In this document: positions 1 through 9,747 of the stretch, piece after piece | How positions within the stretch are numbered: the stretch's first letter is position 1 | Layout: each line of letters starts with the position of its first letter | Assembly: GCA_039024555.1 (NCBI GenBank) | Contig: JBCCQQ010000001.1 | Span: forward strand, 160,001-224,000 | Reading direction: 5' to 3' | Source: Cyanobacteria bacterium P01_D01_bin.156 | GTDB taxonomy: Bacteria > Cyanobacteriota > Cyanobacteriia > Phormidesmidales > Phormidesmidaceae | Length of the DNA: 64,000 bases | Notes under the pieces: generated by a model | Told to the model about the DNA's origin: nothing | Seen by the model: the letters and a program-made list of their open reading frames with translations, nothing else | The model's database searches: none | Program-made: the position numbers and the translations under genes

Positions 1-1
1 C

Positions 2-916
2 TACACATAGACTAAAGCCTGATTCAACGATCAGTTCCAATTTTTCAGCAGTTTCTACAGAACCTTCAACAGCCTCATTAATCTCGGTTTCCCAAGCTGC
101 ATAATTTTCCTCTACTTCTTCTTGACTCGTATCTTCATCTACATATTGAAACTTAGCTTGGAGCCTAGCCAACCGGGAGAGCTGTTCCTCTGGAACTGAA
201 TTGACAGCTACATTATCGGTTTCCGAGCTAGCTGACTGTTCCGGTAATTCAGAAAGTCCCGGTACACTTTCATCACCGCCGGGTTGCTCAGCCACCTGTT
301 GTTCTTCAAGCTGTTGCTGTCGTTTGAGAATTTCTTCGTCCGTCAAATCTGAACGACCGACAGAAGGAGGAACTGGAATATTGGTAACAGGCGTATTTCG
401 ACGTTCACTACTCTGGGCTGAGCGAGAGGGGGTATTGGTAATGGGTAATCGTGGCCTAGGAATGTAGGGATTACGAAAAGGTCGGTTACGGTTTAAGCGA
501 CTGTTGGAATTCAACCGACTCGTAGAACCAATAGATGGGAGTGTGGAAAGACGACTGCTAGGGCTACTAAAGAGTGGGGATTTAGGCAGTGTTGGTAGAC
601 TTCTGGGAGATGTGGGAGTTGTAATCCGAGGAATCGAAGGCAATTTTGGCTGATTAAAGTTGGGTAACCGGCCCTGCTCAGCAGGGGACAGGGTCACTAG
701 AGGCACAGTGCGCGTTTCTTCAGAAATATTATCGTCGCTAAAAGCTGCAAAAGATGCAGAGGAAAATCTAGGAATTGCAGCAAAAAGCACCCCATGGAAG
801 CTTAACGAAGCGATCGCAGCAACACCATAGGGGCTCGTGAGTATCTCTTTCAAATAGTTGAAGGCTTTTTTCGACGGCGATACATTTTGGGAAGATGGCT
901 CAGAGGATTTCAACAT
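2..916 (-). CDS. Partial membrane-anchored Pro/Ser-rich protein, probably TonB-like; C-terminus lies outside the window
   Basis: Not in the ORF track. Manual translation from ATG at 916: MLKSSEPSSQ...PYGVAAIASLSFHGVLFAAIPRF (TM helix with an SxxxH TonB-type motif), then a long Pro/Ser/Arg-rich linker and an acidic region. The frame stays open to the window edge. Confidence 0.65.
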   Translation of the reverse strand, partial: MLKSSEPSSQNVSPSKKAFNYLKEILTSPYGVAAIASLSFHGVLFAAIPRFSSASFAAFSDDNISEETRTVPLVTLSPAEQGRLPNFNQPKLPSIPRITTPTSPRSLPTLPKSPLFSSPSSRLSTLPSIGSTSRLNSNSRLNRNRPFRNPYIPRPRLPITNTPSRSAQSSERRNTPVTNIPVPPSVGRSDLTDEEILKRQQQLEEQQVAEQPGGDESVPGLSELPEQSASSETDNVAVNSVPEEQLSRLARLQAKFQYVDEDTSQEEVEENYAAWETEINEAVEGSVETAEKLELIVESGFSLCV

Positions 917-1160
917 AAAAAATTGCAGGCACTACTTTTAAGTGCACGATCGTGAACGATAAATCAGAACGTCACTAACAGGAATTCAACGGTCCATGCC
1001 GACTAATGCTTGAGCACATACAGCGGCACACAAACCCTTAATAGTCAGCCTTTAACTAGTACTCAGCTTGGTCATCACACTTTAGCCTAGCAATGTGTCT
1101 AGCATAGACAATTTAGGCTAACGCGTGACTACTTTCATCAAGGAGGGAACTGCGATCGCG

Positions 1161-3128
1161 CTAGGATGGCTGCAAATCTCCGGGCGATTCCCCCGTTCCC
1201 TCTTGTTTTTCTGATTTAAGTTCAGAGGACTTAGACTCTGACTCCCCAGTATTTTCTGGAGGATCCACAGGAGGCAAGGTATCGCTAACTAGACGACCGG
1301 TTCGCTTCCCACCTGATAATCGCTTCAATAACTGCGGAGTGGGGTCATGTATTAAGTAAGTAACCCGATCACCTGGTTGCCAAATACCTGGCCCCAAAAC
1401 CACATCCAGCTTTCCATTACGCTGTAAGGTAATGGGCAACAGCTCACCTCCAGCAATCAGCTTATTGAGCTGATCTCGCTGTTTATCAAAGTCATCAGCC
1501 TGGAGCTGAGTAGTACTGAGCTCAGCAGCATTATCCTTTAAATAAGTATTCCAAGTTTTAATCGCCAGAGGCGTAGATGTCACCTTGCCACCCTTACCAT
1601 TTTGCTTAGCCTCCGTTTCCTTATCACTCCGGGGCAAAACCGCCAGCACCCGAGGTGGCTGAAACTCCTCCGCAGCCCTCTCCGCCACTACCGAATTAAC
1701 TTCGCCGTTCGTTGTGAGCGCTAAAAACGTGCCGATGGAACTTAACCCAGCTTCATCTAAAAGTTCTGCATCTAAAGCACTGCTCAAGTAAACCTTCAGA
1801 CCATCTTGCCTAGCCAGTTCGCAGGCTTCCTCATCTGTATCAAACATGACTACAGATTCTCCCTGCTGGGCAAACAAACGCCCCACCAAACGCCCTACCG
1901 GATTACATCCTACAATCACCACCCCGGTGGCATCCGCTTGGGTAATCCCCAAAAACTTAGCAATGCTGCGCGCCGTCAGGCCCTGGATAAAGACCGTCAT
2001 AATGATGGTCAAAAACACCAGCGCTTTAATGGAGTCACCACCGTTAATGCCACGCTCAGTCAACAAAATTGCAAACAATGAAGCAACTGAGGCTGACACA
2101 ATTCCCCTAGGCGCAATCCAGCTTAGAAAAAGTTTTTGCCGCCAATTCAGATCACTATTCAGTGTGCAGGCATAAATATTTAAAGGGCGGACTAGCAGCA
2201 TCAGAGCCAGCACCGTAAATACGGAGCCTATCCCCAAGGCAAAGACACTGTCTATGGATAGGTCTGCTGCCAACAAAATAAACAGCACAGACACTGAAAA
2301 TACCGTCAGCTGTCCCTTAAAGCGCAGCAGCAAGCGCTCATCAGGTACGGAGAACGCTCTCAATACCAACCCTGCTGTTACTGCCGCCATTAGCCCTGAT
2401 TCACTACGAACCTCTTGGGCTAATCCAAACAAGCCCCACACACTGGCCAAAACCACCAGATTTCGGAGTTCCTCAGATAAAAAGTCAGCCTGTTTGAGAA
2501 ACTGCCCCAGCAGGGCACCGCCAATGCCACCAATGACTGCACCAATACTCAAACGTTGGGCCAGGCCACCCACAATAAATCCCACATCGGTATCACCGTT
2601 GAGCAAAATATCTAGCACGACAACCGCCAGAATTGCCCCAACCGGGTCAATTAAAACCCCTTCACCTTCCAAGATGGTGGCTACCTTTTTTTCCACCTGT
2701 ACCTGACGGAGCAGAGGCGTAATTACCGTTGGCCCAGTAACCACAACCAGAGAGCCATATAGAAACGCTAACGGCCAGGGAAATTCTCCAAACCAGTGAG
2801 CGGCCATACCGCCACCGAGCAGCGTAATAAACGTGCCAATGGTAATGAGATTTCGTAAACTACCAGAAACCTGGCCCAACTCCTTTAACTCTAGGTTTAG
2901 TCCACCTTCAAATAAAATAAGTGCAACGCAGAGAGATACGATTACCTCCAGTCCTGTGCCAAGCAACTTGGGCTCAATGACTCCCAGAAAGTCAGGCCCC
3001 AGAAATACGCCTAAAATGAGCAAGAAAATAATGCTTGGCAACCGCAAGTATTCGGCAATTACCTGGGCTGTAATACCAGCTAAGACTGCCAAGACTATCT
3101 GCAGAGTGATATCAAACGGGGTTGCCAT
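1161..3128 (-). CDS. Cation:proton antiporter (CPA1/NhaP-type) with C-terminal TrkA-N/RCK domain
   Basis: Many TM helices, ILFEGGL and EGEGVLIDPVG motifs, and a C-terminal Rossmann-like VVIVGCNPVG segment. Confidence 0.9.
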   Translation of the reverse strand: MATPFDITLQIVLAVLAGITAQVIAEYLRLPSIIFLLILGVFLGPDFLGVIEPKLLGTGLEVIVSLCVALILFEGGLNLELKELGQVSGSLRNLITIGTFITLLGGGMAAHWFGEFPWPLAFLYGSLVVVTGPTVITPLLRQVQVEKKVATILEGEGVLIDPVGAILAVVVLDILLNGDTDVGFIVGGLAQRLSIGAVIGGIGGALLGQFLKQADFLSEELRNLVVLASVWGLFGLAQEVRSESGLMAAVTAGLVLRAFSVPDERLLLRFKGQLTVFSVSVLFILLAADLSIDSVFALGIGSVFTVLALMLLVRPLNIYACTLNSDLNWRQKLFLSWIAPRGIVSASVASLFAILLTERGINGGDSIKALVFLTIIMTVFIQGLTARSIAKFLGITQADATGVVIVGCNPVGRLVGRLFAQQGESVVMFDTDEEACELARQDGLKVYLSSALDAELLDEAGLSSIGTFLALTTNGEVNSVVAERAAEEFQPPRVLAVLPRSDKETEAKQNGKGGKVTSTPLAIKTWNTYLKDNAAELSTTQLQADDFDKQRDQLNKLIAGGELLPITLQRNGKLDVVLGPGIWQPGDRVTYLIHDPTPQLLKRLSGGKRTGRLVSDTLPPVDPPENTGESESKSSELKSEKQEGTGESPGDLQPS

Positions 3129-3412
3129 CGGTGGTGTTATGGCGACTGCTTCGCAGGCAGGACCTAGAAAAACAAGACTGGCTGGATGTTCTGAACAAGA
3201 ATGACAATGGAAATCAGGACCAGTCCTACAAAGGTATTAGCTAGATCCAAATCGTATCGCAGCTAATGAATTGAAATGAACTGAATGCCTTAACGCATCT
3301 AGCCTTAGACAGGCGAAATCATATCTATAGCAGCACGACCAAACTTCTAGCCTAACATCTTATGTTGGCCAGGAAACGCTGGCAACTCTGGCAAGTGAAC
3401 CCGAACAAACGC

Positions 3413-3439
3413 AAAAAAAAGGGTGGACTAACGCCACCC
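3413..3439 (-). terminator. Rho-independent terminator
   Basis: GGGTGG/CCACCC stem followed by T8 on the minus strand. Confidence 0.75.
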
Positions 3440-3524
3440 AAGTCACAGGAGTTATAAGGAGATACGACAATCCGACCGCCGGTACTCTACCAAGGCCGTA
3501 ATGTCATGGTGGGATTAACCCACG
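3413..3524 (-). ncRNA. Candidate trans-acting small RNA (~110 nt)
   Basis: Minus strand: TAATAT -10-like box (3535-3530), 5' hairpin GTGGG-TTAAT-CCCAC, two anti-SD-like motifs (TCTCCTT, ACTCCTG), and terminator GGGTGG-cgttagt-CCACCC followed by T8. Confidence 0.55.
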
Positions 3525-3733
3525 CCTTTATATTAGTGGGAGTTTTTTGAAAACGGTGTTTTTATAGAACTTCTATAGGATTTTTTTTTCTATAGATAGT
3601 ATTGATGCAAAACAACGTTGCAGTGTGTATCAACCCTGAAAACCATCTTAATAATCGGACGCATTTCCTACAGAAGTCGCTACTTTGGATTTAAGAAAGA
3701 ATATTAGTAAGCTGCCCTTTATCTTCAAGTCTC

Positions 3734-4159
3734 GTGCTGCGTCATCGTAACCTACTAAAGCACCAATTTTTGCACTCTCAAAAGATCGTGCAAAAGATTG
3801 ATTTAGGTGAAGTTTACCCGTGTCCGGTATGCCGTCATCGAAGTAAGATTCAGAGCATTACACTGACCGAAGCATTTGGCTGCGATCGCTGCCAACAAAT
3901 TTATGTTATTCGTGATAGCGGACTAGGTTTGGAACAGCTTTCAAGTGTCCACCCGTATCGCCGTCTTTGGCGATGGACTGGTAGCCAGTGGAAACAGTAC
4001 AGTAAGATTCCAGCCTCTGGATGGCTAATTTTGCTAGCCGTCATTGCCATCTTGTTTGCAATCCTAGGGCTCTGGTTTCTGCTGCCTATTCCTTTTAGGA
4101 TTTTGGCAGTGGTAGCAGCCAGCCTAGCGGGTTGGTCAATTTTGACCTCACGCCACTAG
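3734..4159 (+). CDS. Hypothetical membrane protein with N-terminal Zn-ribbon (CPVC...CDRC)
   Basis: Two CxxC motifs and two C-terminal hydrophobic helices. The true start is probably the in-frame GTG at 3788. Confidence 0.75.
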   Translation: MLRHRNLLKHQFLHSQKIVQKIDLGEVYPCPVCRHRSKIQSITLTEAFGCDRCQQIYVIRDSGLGLEQLSSVHPYRRLWRWTGSQWKQYSKIPASGWLILLAVIAILFAILGLWFLLPIPFRILAVVAASLAGWSILTSRH

Positions 4160-4209
4160 GCTTTTGATACGCCGGACAAATTACCGAGCCTGCTCAAAGC
4201 TACATGCGC

Positions 4210-5052
4210 TTAAGAAGACAGCAACGCGGTTTGCATATCCTGCTGTTTAGGGAGCTTCACCCTAGTAGCCAAACCAAGCTTAGACAGCAACTGAATAGTC
4301 ATCCACGTCATATCAATTTCCCACCATTTCAAACCATGGCGAGCCGAAAACTGGAACGCATGGTGGTTGTTGTGCCAGCCCTCGCCATAGGTAACTACAG
4401 CAACCCACCAGCAGTTAGTTGAATAGTCACCAGACTTGTAAGTACGGTAGCCAAACTTATGAGTTGCACTATTTACAAACCAGGTGCAGTGATAAACCGC
4501 TACCAAACGAACAAAAATTCCCCACAGCACGTAGGACCAACCGCCAACAGCGTAAAGCAGTAGACCTAAAGCAATCTGCATCAGCAAAAAATACTTTTCA
4601 CAGAACAGATAAAAAGGGTCATTGGCAATATCTTTTGTCAATCGGGGTACATCTCCATCTGCAGGGACCTCATAAAAGATCCAACCCATATGACTCCACC
4701 AGAAACCTTTAGTAGAACTATGGTGATCTACGGGTTGATCAGAATGAGCATGGTGATGACGGTGTAACCCAATCCACTCAATGGGACCATGCTGACACGC
4801 CAGACTGCCGCAAAACACAAAGAAATACTCGAGCCACTTAGGCACCGTAAAACTACGATGGGCCACTAACCGATGCCACCCCAAGGTGATGCCCAAACAA
4901 CCAGTCAACCAGTGTAAAAAGACCGCTACGCCTAATGCGCTCCAGCTAAAATTTGCAGGTAAAAATGCTAGTAGAGTGATTAAATGAACGGCCACCATAA
5001 AGACGGCTGTAGGCCAATTAATAGGGGGCTTTGAAACGTTTGCAACAGTCAT
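4210..5052 (-). CDS. desC: Delta-9 acyl-lipid desaturase
   Basis: His boxes HRLVAH, HRHHH and HNNHH, plus the GEGWHNNHHAF motif. Confidence 0.92.
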   Translation of the reverse strand: MTVANVSKPPINWPTAVFMVAVHLITLLAFLPANFSWSALGVAVFLHWLTGCLGITLGWHRLVAHRSFTVPKWLEYFFVFCGSLACQHGPIEWIGLHRHHHAHSDQPVDHHSSTKGFWWSHMGWIFYEVPADGDVPRLTKDIANDPFYLFCEKYFLLMQIALGLLLYAVGGWSYVLWGIFVRLVAVYHCTWFVNSATHKFGYRTYKSGDYSTNCWWVAVVTYGEGWHNNHHAFQFSARHGLKWWEIDMTWMTIQLLSKLGLATRVKLPKQQDMQTALLSS

Positions 5053-5127
5053 GTAAAAATCTCAGCGTTAACGTAGGGGCCAACTTGCGTCACAATTAGA
5101 GCCCGCGTCATTAGCCCAGGAAAGCGA

Positions 5128-6375
5128 GTGAGTAGCCTGAAGACAGAGCAGCCAACAGAACAAGCACTATTTTCGATTCTTTACGCAATTGACTCCCAGG
5201 TCAAGGTAAATATCGACCGAGTCCTGCGCGCATTTCGTGCTAGTAGGGTAGGAACGCACCATTTTTCTGGGGTTTCAGGCTATGGTCACGATGATCTAGG
5301 GCGGGAAACCCTGGATCGCGTTTTTGCGACCTTAGTAAATGCAGAAGCAGCAGCAGTACGGGTGCAGTTTGTGTCCGGCACCCATGCCATTACCTGTGCA
5401 TTATTTGGTGTACTGCGTCCGGGGGATGAACTGCTGGCAGTCACCGGTGTCCCCTATGACACCCTAGAAGAAGTCATTGGCGTCCGTGGACATGGGCAAG
5501 GCTCCCTCAAAGACTTTGGTGTGAGTTATCGTGAGCTACCGCTGACGATAACTCACACCGTAGATTGGGAAGCCCTTAAAACAGCCATTCGGCCCCATAC
5601 AAAAATGGTGCTAATCCAGCGTTCTTGCGGTTATAGCTGGCGTTCTAGCCTCACGGTGGATGAGATTGGCCGGATTGTACAATCTGTGAAAGCGCAAAAC
5701 CCGGATACGGTTTGCTTTGTCGATAACTGCTACGGGGAGTTTGTCGAAACCTGTGAGCCCACTGCTGTGGGAGCAGACCTCATGGCAGGTTCCCTGATTA
5801 AAAATCCTGGGGGTACCATCGTGACTACTGGTGGCTACGTAGCAGGTCGCGCCGATTTAGTAGAAGCTGCCACCTGTCGTTTAACCTCGCCGGGCATTGG
5901 TAGCTCTGGTGGCTCTACACTGAACCAAAATCGGCTACTGTTCCAGGGACTATTTTTAGCACCCCAAATGGTGGGAGAAGCACTCAAGGGTAATTACCTA
6001 TTGGCCAAGACCTTTAGCGAACTTGGCTATGCTGTGAATCCGGCCATAGATGCGCCGCAACGAGACGTGATTCAGGCAATTCGTTTAGAAGATCCCGACA
6101 AACTAATCGCCTTTTGTCGTGCCGTGCAGCAACATTCCCCCATCGAAGCTTATGTGGATCCAGTCCCCGCAGCCATGCCAGGATATGAAAGCCAGCTCGT
6201 TATGGCTGGCGGCACATTTGTTGATGGCAGCACTTCAGAACTATCCGCCGATGGCCCGCTCAGAGAACCCTATGTAGTCTATTGTCAAGGCGGTACCCAC
6301 TGGACGCATGTTGCGATCGCAGCCGAGGCCGCCGCCCAAGCCATTGGACCAGCAGGCAGGGAATTCGGAATTTAG
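5128..6375 (+). CDS. Methionine gamma-lyase family / aluminium-resistance (YnbB-like) PLP-dependent protein
   Basis: GYGHDDLGR, VSGTHAI, VDNCYGEF and GSLIKNPGG motifs. Confidence 0.88.
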   Translation: MSSLKTEQPTEQALFSILYAIDSQVKVNIDRVLRAFRASRVGTHHFSGVSGYGHDDLGRETLDRVFATLVNAEAAAVRVQFVSGTHAITCALFGVLRPGDELLAVTGVPYDTLEEVIGVRGHGQGSLKDFGVSYRELPLTITHTVDWEALKTAIRPHTKMVLIQRSCGYSWRSSLTVDEIGRIVQSVKAQNPDTVCFVDNCYGEFVETCEPTAVGADLMAGSLIKNPGGTIVTTGGYVAGRADLVEAATCRLTSPGIGSSGGSTLNQNRLLFQGLFLAPQMVGEALKGNYLLAKTFSELGYAVNPAIDAPQRDVIQAIRLEDPDKLIAFCRAVQQHSPIEAYVDPVPAAMPGYESQLVMAGGTFVDGSTSELSADGPLREPYVVYCQGGTHWTHVAIAAEAAAQAIGPAGREFGI

Positions 6376-6438
6376 AAGTCTGAATTCCGAAATTGGCATT
6401 CTCCCTTTTCAGAATTCAGACTTCCGAATTCCGAATTT
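6361..6438. repeat. Imperfect 32-bp inverted repeat built from 7-mer units (STRR-like)
   Basis: GAATTCGGAATTTAGAAGTCTGAATTCCGAAA ... TTTCAGAATTCAGACTTCCGAATTCCGAATTT; overlaps the upstream stop codon. Confidence 0.75.
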
Positions 6439-6491
6439 TCTGAGTAGACGGTTAAAATGAATACAATTACCGACCATTCCACTCGCCCCAA

Positions 6492-7136
6492 ATGATTACC
6501 GTTGCACTACCCAAGGGCTCATTGCTCAAAGACAGTATTGCCCTATTGCAGGGGGCTGGTCTAGACTTTAGCGGCTTTCTAGATAAGAGCAACCGCCAGT
6601 TGCAGATTGAAGAAAGCACCGGTCGTGCCAAGGGTTTACTGGTGAGAGCTCAGGATGTGCCAGTTTACGTAGAATACGGCCAGGCCCAGCTCGGCATCGT
6701 CGGCTACGACGTGCTCTACGAAAAAGAACCCAAGGTAGCTCAGCTGGCGGACCTGAACTTTGGCGATTGTCGCTTTTCCGTTGCGGTTAAAAAAGATGGT
6801 CCCTATCGGTCTGCCCTCGATTTGCCCCCCCACTGCCGTGTAGCATCCAAATTTGTTAATTCTGCCCGACGCTATTTTCAGAGTATTGATTTACCCGTGG
6901 AGATTATTCCCCTCTACGGCTCTGTGGAACTAGGACCTATTACAGGGATGTCTGAAGCCATCGTGGATTTGGTGTCCACTGGGCGTACTCTAAAAGAAAA
7001 CAATCTGATGGAACTGGACGTTCTATTTGAAAGCACAGCACGGCTGGTGGCACATCCATTAAGTTATCGGTTAAATGTAGATAACCTCAGCGAGTATGTT
7101 GATTTGATTTGTCAACAGGTGACAGTGCCCGCTTAA
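6492..7136 (+). CDS. hisG: ATP phosphoribosyltransferase, short form
   Basis: [21 protein letters not shown] and [25 protein letters not shown] motifs; 214 aa. Confidence 0.95.
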   Translation: MITVALPKGSLLKDSIALLQGAGLDFSGFLDKSNRQLQIEESTGRAKGLLVRAQDVPVYVEYGQAQLGIVGYDVLYEKEPKVAQLADLNFGDCRFSVAVKKDGPYRSALDLPPHCRVASKFVNSARRYFQSIDLPVEIIPLYGSVELGPITGMSEAIVDLVSTGRTLKENNLMELDVLFESTARLVAHPLSYRLNVDNLSEYVDLICQQVTVPA

Positions 7137-7152
7137 AACAAGTCTCTAATTA

Positions 7153-7200
7153 GCAGAGAGAATCGAAAAGTCTGATCTTTTCGATTCTCTCTGTAGTTTT
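7153..7200 (+). terminator. Stem-loop / terminator after hisG
   Basis: CAGAGAGAATCGAAAAG-tctgat-CTTTTCGATTCTCTCTG followed by tagtttt. Confidence 0.65.
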
Positions 7201-7232
7201 CAAAAAATTGAGCCCACCTCTTCTCTATCTTC

Positions 7233-9056
7233 ATGGCGTCTTCTCAAGTAACCGTACCAAAACAGGGTTCAACCTATGACTGGCAGCTATTTAAGCGGCT
7301 GTTACCCTATATTTTGAAAGAAAAGCAGCATCTGGTATTACCGTTACTGTTATTGATTCCATTAGCCTTTGCCCAAGCATTTCAGCCCGTACTGATTGGT
7401 CAGGCGATTTCAGTGATTGGACAAGAATCTGGAGCTTGGAGTTTTTTAGCAGAGCGACCACTACAAGAGGCGCTCAATATTCTCATCATTCTGTTGCTGC
7501 TGTGCATTGGTACACGATTAGCACTGGATGGATGGCAAAGTTTTTTAGTCCAAAAAGTAGGACAAGATATTACCCGCAATATTCGGGATGATTTATTTCG
7601 TCATGTTAGCTCCCTATCGATGCGATTTTTTGATCGCACTCCAGTGGGCAAGCTAATTACCCGACTCACCAGTGATGTCAATGCGTTAGGAGATGTTTTC
7701 TCCACGGGTGCCATCGGTATTTTTAGTGACATGTTCTCCATTGTTATATCAGTGGTAACAATGTTACTCATCGACTGGCGACTGGGGCTGTTGCTGATGT
7801 TTTTGCTAATACCGGTAACAGCGATCATCATCTATTTTCAGCAACAGTACCGTATTGCCAACTATAAAGCCCGAGAAGAGCTGTCTAGCCTCAATGCCAA
7901 TCTACAAGAGAACATTGCAGGCATTGAAGTGGTGCAACTGTTTCGACGGGAAAAATTTAATGCAGAGCTGTTTCGTGCTACTAATGAACGCTATATTGAT
8001 GCGGTCGATAAAACTATCTTCAACGATTCTGCGGTATCGGCCACATTAGAATGGATTTCATTGGTTGCGATCGCAAGCGTGCTCGGTGTTGGCGGCTGGT
8101 TAGTCCTGGGCAAAAATATGGAGATTGGCACCCTCACCACATTTATCCTGTTTGCCCAGCGGTTGTTTGAGCCTCTGCGTCAGTTCGCTGACAAGTTTAC
8201 TGCCATTCAGGCAGGGTTTACCGCTGTTGAACGTCTCAACGATCTTTTGGACGAACCCATTGACATTAAAGATATTGAAGATCCAGCAGTACTTCCCGAG
8301 CCCACCGACGAGCACGATAACATTCTCCCTGGAGAGATTCGCTTTAACCACGTTTCTTTTGGTTATAAAGCTGACGAATATGTATTGAACGACCTTGATT
8401 TCACCATTCGACCTGGCGAGAAGGTAGCCCTAGTTGGCCCCACAGGAGCAGGTAAAAGTTCAATCATTCGGCTGCTTTGCCGTTTGTACGAAGTGGGCAA
8501 AGGGCAAATTTTGTTAGATGGTGTAGATATTCGCGATCTGGCGCAAGCAGATTTGCGCAAACGGATGGCCATTATTCTCCAGGATGGGTTTCTATTTTCT
8601 GGCGATGTAAGTAGCAACATTACTCTAGGTGAAGAGTACACTCCCACTCAAATTCGCCATGCGGCTGAGTCTACCAATGTGGCGAGCTTTATTGAACAGC
8701 TGCCCCAGGGATACGACACCATGGTTCGGGAACGGGGGACTAATCTTTCCGGTGGGGAGAAACAGCTGCTGGCCTTTGCCCGTGCAGCCATTCGGAATCC
8801 TGGGATTTTGGTGTTGGATGAAGCTACAGCTAACTTGGATGTGGGCACTGAGGCCCAGATTCAGTCTGCGCTGAATACGCTCTTGGAAAATCGCACTGCG
8901 ATTATTATTGCTCACCGGCTATCGACTATTCGTAATGTGGACCGAATCTTGGTACTTAAGCAGGGTCATTTGGTGGAGCAAGGCAGCCATGATGAACTAC
9001 TACATGCGAATGGGCTATATGCAAGCCTGTATAAACTACAGATGCTAGGGCAATAA
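7233..9056 (+). CDS. ABC exporter, fused TMD-NBD (MdlB/MsbA-like)
   Basis: Six-TM domain, Walker A GPTGAGKS, signature LSGGEKQ, Walker B LVLDEAT. Confidence 0.92.
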   Translation: MASSQVTVPKQGSTYDWQLFKRLLPYILKEKQHLVLPLLLLIPLAFAQAFQPVLIGQAISVIGQESGAWSFLAERPLQEALNILIILLLLCIGTRLALDGWQSFLVQKVGQDITRNIRDDLFRHVSSLSMRFFDRTPVGKLITRLTSDVNALGDVFSTGAIGIFSDMFSIVISVVTMLLIDWRLGLLLMFLLIPVTAIIIYFQQQYRIANYKAREELSSLNANLQENIAGIEVVQLFRREKFNAELFRATNERYIDAVDKTIFNDSAVSATLEWISLVAIASVLGVGGWLVLGKNMEIGTLTTFILFAQRLFEPLRQFADKFTAIQAGFTAVERLNDLLDEPIDIKDIEDPAVLPEPTDEHDNILPGEIRFNHVSFGYKADEYVLNDLDFTIRPGEKVALVGPTGAGKSSIIRLLCRLYEVGKGQILLDGVDIRDLAQADLRKRMAIILQDGFLFSGDVSSNITLGEEYTPTQIRHAAESTNVASFIEQLPQGYDTMVRERGTNLSGGEKQLLAFARAAIRNPGILVLDEATANLDVGTEAQIQSALNTLLENRTAIIIAHRLSTIRNVDRILVLKQGHLVEQGSHDELLHANGLYASLYKLQMLGQ

Positions 9057-9747
9057 GCCTGTTCACGAATATCTACCACTGGCAATCTCATCCCCAACTC
9101 TCTGTATATTCCTTCCCCAGAGATATTGTCTATATCGCTCAATCACTAACATAGTTGTTATCAATCTCACTCATTGGAATCATTAATTGATGTATTTTAC
9201 TCTCATCGCCACAAACAACTTCAATGATTAGCATTGACACATTGGCTCACTTTAAAGCGGTATAGACCTGAATAAGTAAGGATTTAAGAAGCTCTCTAAA
9301 ATCCACTCAGATGCTCATCCAACAAGGCATTGAGTGGATCATACAATCCTCTTAGCTCTGACTGAATCCACTCGTCAAGATTGAATAGAGCATTGTTTTT
9401 CTATTGAACCAAATCAATAAAAGAGTCATTCTTCAATGCCTAGCATGAGCACTTTCATATAAATATTTTTGGAACGTTCTAATACACACAACGTCTCACG
9501 AAGTAAGACATCAGACATAGGCTAGGGTCTATTGTATTCCTAGCTAAAAAGGCTTCTCACCGTTAGGTTTCAAGCACTAACCCTTAATTGCATTTGAGTG
9601 AAGGGTATTAAGAATCCGTTCCATTACACCCGCAAATCATACAACTCTCACGTTCTCCCACAGCGAAGGGTAATTGTGAGGTTCTATTGTTCTGCCAATC
9701 GTCAACTAACTGCACATTGAACTCTTGTCCATTAGAGACTTCTAAAG

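Noticed and set aside
201..467. 88-aa plus-strand ORF
   Set aside because: Antisense shadow of the longer minus-strand ORF at 2-916.
9500..9747. Moco/tungsten riboswitch ahead of the ModA-like gene
   Set aside because: I could not find the consensus elements by eye; an Infernal scan would be needed.
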